From Candidatus Latescibacterota bacterium (lineage in GTDB: Bacteria > Latescibacterota > UBA2968 > UBA8231): DNA of 64,000 nucleotides. Shown piece by piece: positions 62,637 to 64,000 of this stretch; position 1 is the first letter of the stretch, and the number at the start of each line of letters is the position of its first letter. A program made the position numbers and the translations under genes. The DNA lies in contig OZ253462.1 of the NCBI GenBank assembly GCA_965261395.1, forward strand, positions 3,872,001 to 3,936,000, written 5' to 3'. The notes beneath the pieces are model-generated. The model was not told the origin of the DNA, did no database searches, and worked only from the letters and a program-made list of their open reading frames with translations.

Positions 62637-64000
62637 CTAGACGCGATAGGCAAACAGCTTGGCGCCGAGCATGCGCACCCGGATGCCGACCGCCTCGCCG
62701 GCCGCGGAGATGTTGGAGCGACCTTGCCAAGTTACCACTCGGTCTTCGCAATCGCCCGTTAGACGGTCGCAGTCATCAAAGGTGAACCCCGGTAGCGGGT
62801 CGGCATCGGGGAGCATCAACGACGGCAGCTTCTCCAGCAATTCAATCTGAATCCAGCCGCCCGGCTCGCAGCGATAGTTGAGGCGCAGTTCGTCGTGGGC
62901 GCGGAAGAGAGAGGGCAGGGAGAAGCCGCCCTCGGCACTGGCGCGCACCCCGCAGAACCGGTGTGGCCGCCAGCGCGCCCAGCGAATCTGCTGCGGTTGC
63001 CGCGCAGGAAAGAGCTCGGGCACTTTGTCGGCGGGGCAATCGTGAATGACCGAGAAGGCCGCGTATGGACAGGCCCAGTGGCCATCGGGCAGCTCGACGA
63101 GGCCGCTGCGCCAGAAGTGGGCCATGCATTCGTCGCCCTCGCCCTCGGTACCCAGCGGCAGGATCGGTCGGCGCTCGGGACGGGACCAGTAGAGGCCATC
63201 GCGGCTGAAGGCGATCTGCCCGTCGATGGTGCTGGCGATCTGGTGGTACACGGGGATGAGCATGCCGTGCAGGTCGTCGCGGCCCGGGTACGGGAAGTAG
63301 TTGGCACCGTAAAAGCTGATGTCGGGAGGGTCTTCGGTGTCGGGGTGATGGATCAGCTTCGGCGCGGGCCAGTTGGCAAAGTCGTCGGTGCGCGAAAAGC
63401 CGATCGTGCGGATCTGCATGCCCTGTTCGAGCCGGTTGACACCAATGCCTTCGAGCAGTTCGGCGGGGTAGCCCATTAGCTGGATGTAGGCGAAGTAGTT
63501 GCCGCGATGTTCGTCGTAGCGGGCCGATATGCCGCCGTTGACCGGTCGGTACGCCAGCGGTTCTGCGAGGGGAGTCCAGTGGAGGCCGTCGGATGACGTC
63601 CAAGCGAGCATGTGGCCCGTGATTTCGGCTCTGGGACCGGTGTAGTTCTCTTGCTCCTGCTCGGCCTTGATGCGCCGGGACGGCTCCTCTCCAGACAGCT
63701 CTTCACCGCTGTCTGGATCCCACCAGTACATGCGGCCGCCCATCGCCTTGAAGCGCTCCTTGGGAGGCGCGTTGGGGTCTTCGAAGACTCCGGTAGCCCC
63801 TTTGCATGAGTTGGAGAGTAGGTTGTTGTTGGACGAGCCGTTGAATTCGGCCTCGTTGAGGACGGATCGCGTCCAGCTATACGCATCGTCGCTGACCGCG
63901 TAACACTGGCCGCCCTCGCTGTCGTAGAGCAAGTGATAGCGCCCGTCCCGCTGCCAGATGTAGAGCGGCGAGACGTGGGTGCCTTCCCACTCCATTGCCG
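62637..64000 (-). CDS. Glycoside-hydrolase-like beta-propeller protein, 5' end beyond the window
   Basis: S.DG..W repeats, F.D.NAP..ERFK, AKLFAY tail; frame open at the window edge. Confidence 0.65.
   Translation of the reverse strand, partial: AMEWEGTHVSPLYIWQRDGRYHLLYDSEGGQCYAVSDDAYSWTRSVLNEAEFNGSSNNNLLSNSCKGATGVFEDPNAPPKERFKAMGGRMYWWDPDSGEELSGEEPSRRIKAEQEQENYTGPRAEITGHMLAWTSSDGLHWTPLAEPLAYRPVNGGISARYDEHRGNYFAYIQLMGYPAELLEGIGVNRLEQGMQIRTIGFSRTDDFANWPAPKLIHHPDTEDPPDISFYGANYFPYPGRDDLHGMLIPVYHQIASTIDGQIAFSRDGLYWSRPERRPILPLGTEGEGDECMAHFWRSGLVELPDGHWACPYAAFSVIHDCPADKVPELFPARQPQQIRWARWRPHRFCGVRASAEGGFSLPSLFRAHDELRLNYRCEPGGWIQIELLEKLPSLMLPDADPLPGFTFDDCDRLTGDCEDRVVTWQGRSNISAAGEAVGIRVRMLGAKLFAYRV

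Overview
GC-rich bacterial window. The gene mix (7 PhyH-type Fe(II)/2-oxoglutarate dioxygenases, 3 secreted FlgD-Ig-tail proteins, sulfatase, BNR/sialidase, FG-GAP protein) is reminiscent of Latescibacterota/Gemmatimonadota/Poribacteria-like genomes; this is inference only. Housekeeping and catabolic genes (typA-deaD, ABC/MFS transporters, threonine synthase-like, GntR-ABC operon) flank a ~17.5 kb minus-strand defence island (~26.6-44.2 kb) with no integrase. The island core is a restriction-like DUF1156 adenine methylase (one +1 frameshift), a HEPN-DUF499 ATPase and a SNF2 helicase-DUF3883 nuclease. It also carries an intact, translationally coupled three-gene module (STAS-like+HATPase kinase / DUF4325 STAS / PIN nuclease), the best candidate for an undescribed system. 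Other cargo: an IS5-interrupted SIR2 gene, a PD-(D/E)xK-like nuclease, and a stack of 5' gene stubs (DUF1156, HEPN, ParA, ApeA). The left edge holds a chimeric copy of two PhyH genes that lie at the right edge. Also found: two IS5-family elements with recognisable ends, a probable attenuator in the typA leader, two TGA codons at Trp-equivalent positions and a GTAG-type REP palindrome. No rRNA, tRNA or CRISPR array was seen. All family assignments come from motif recognition, not database searches.
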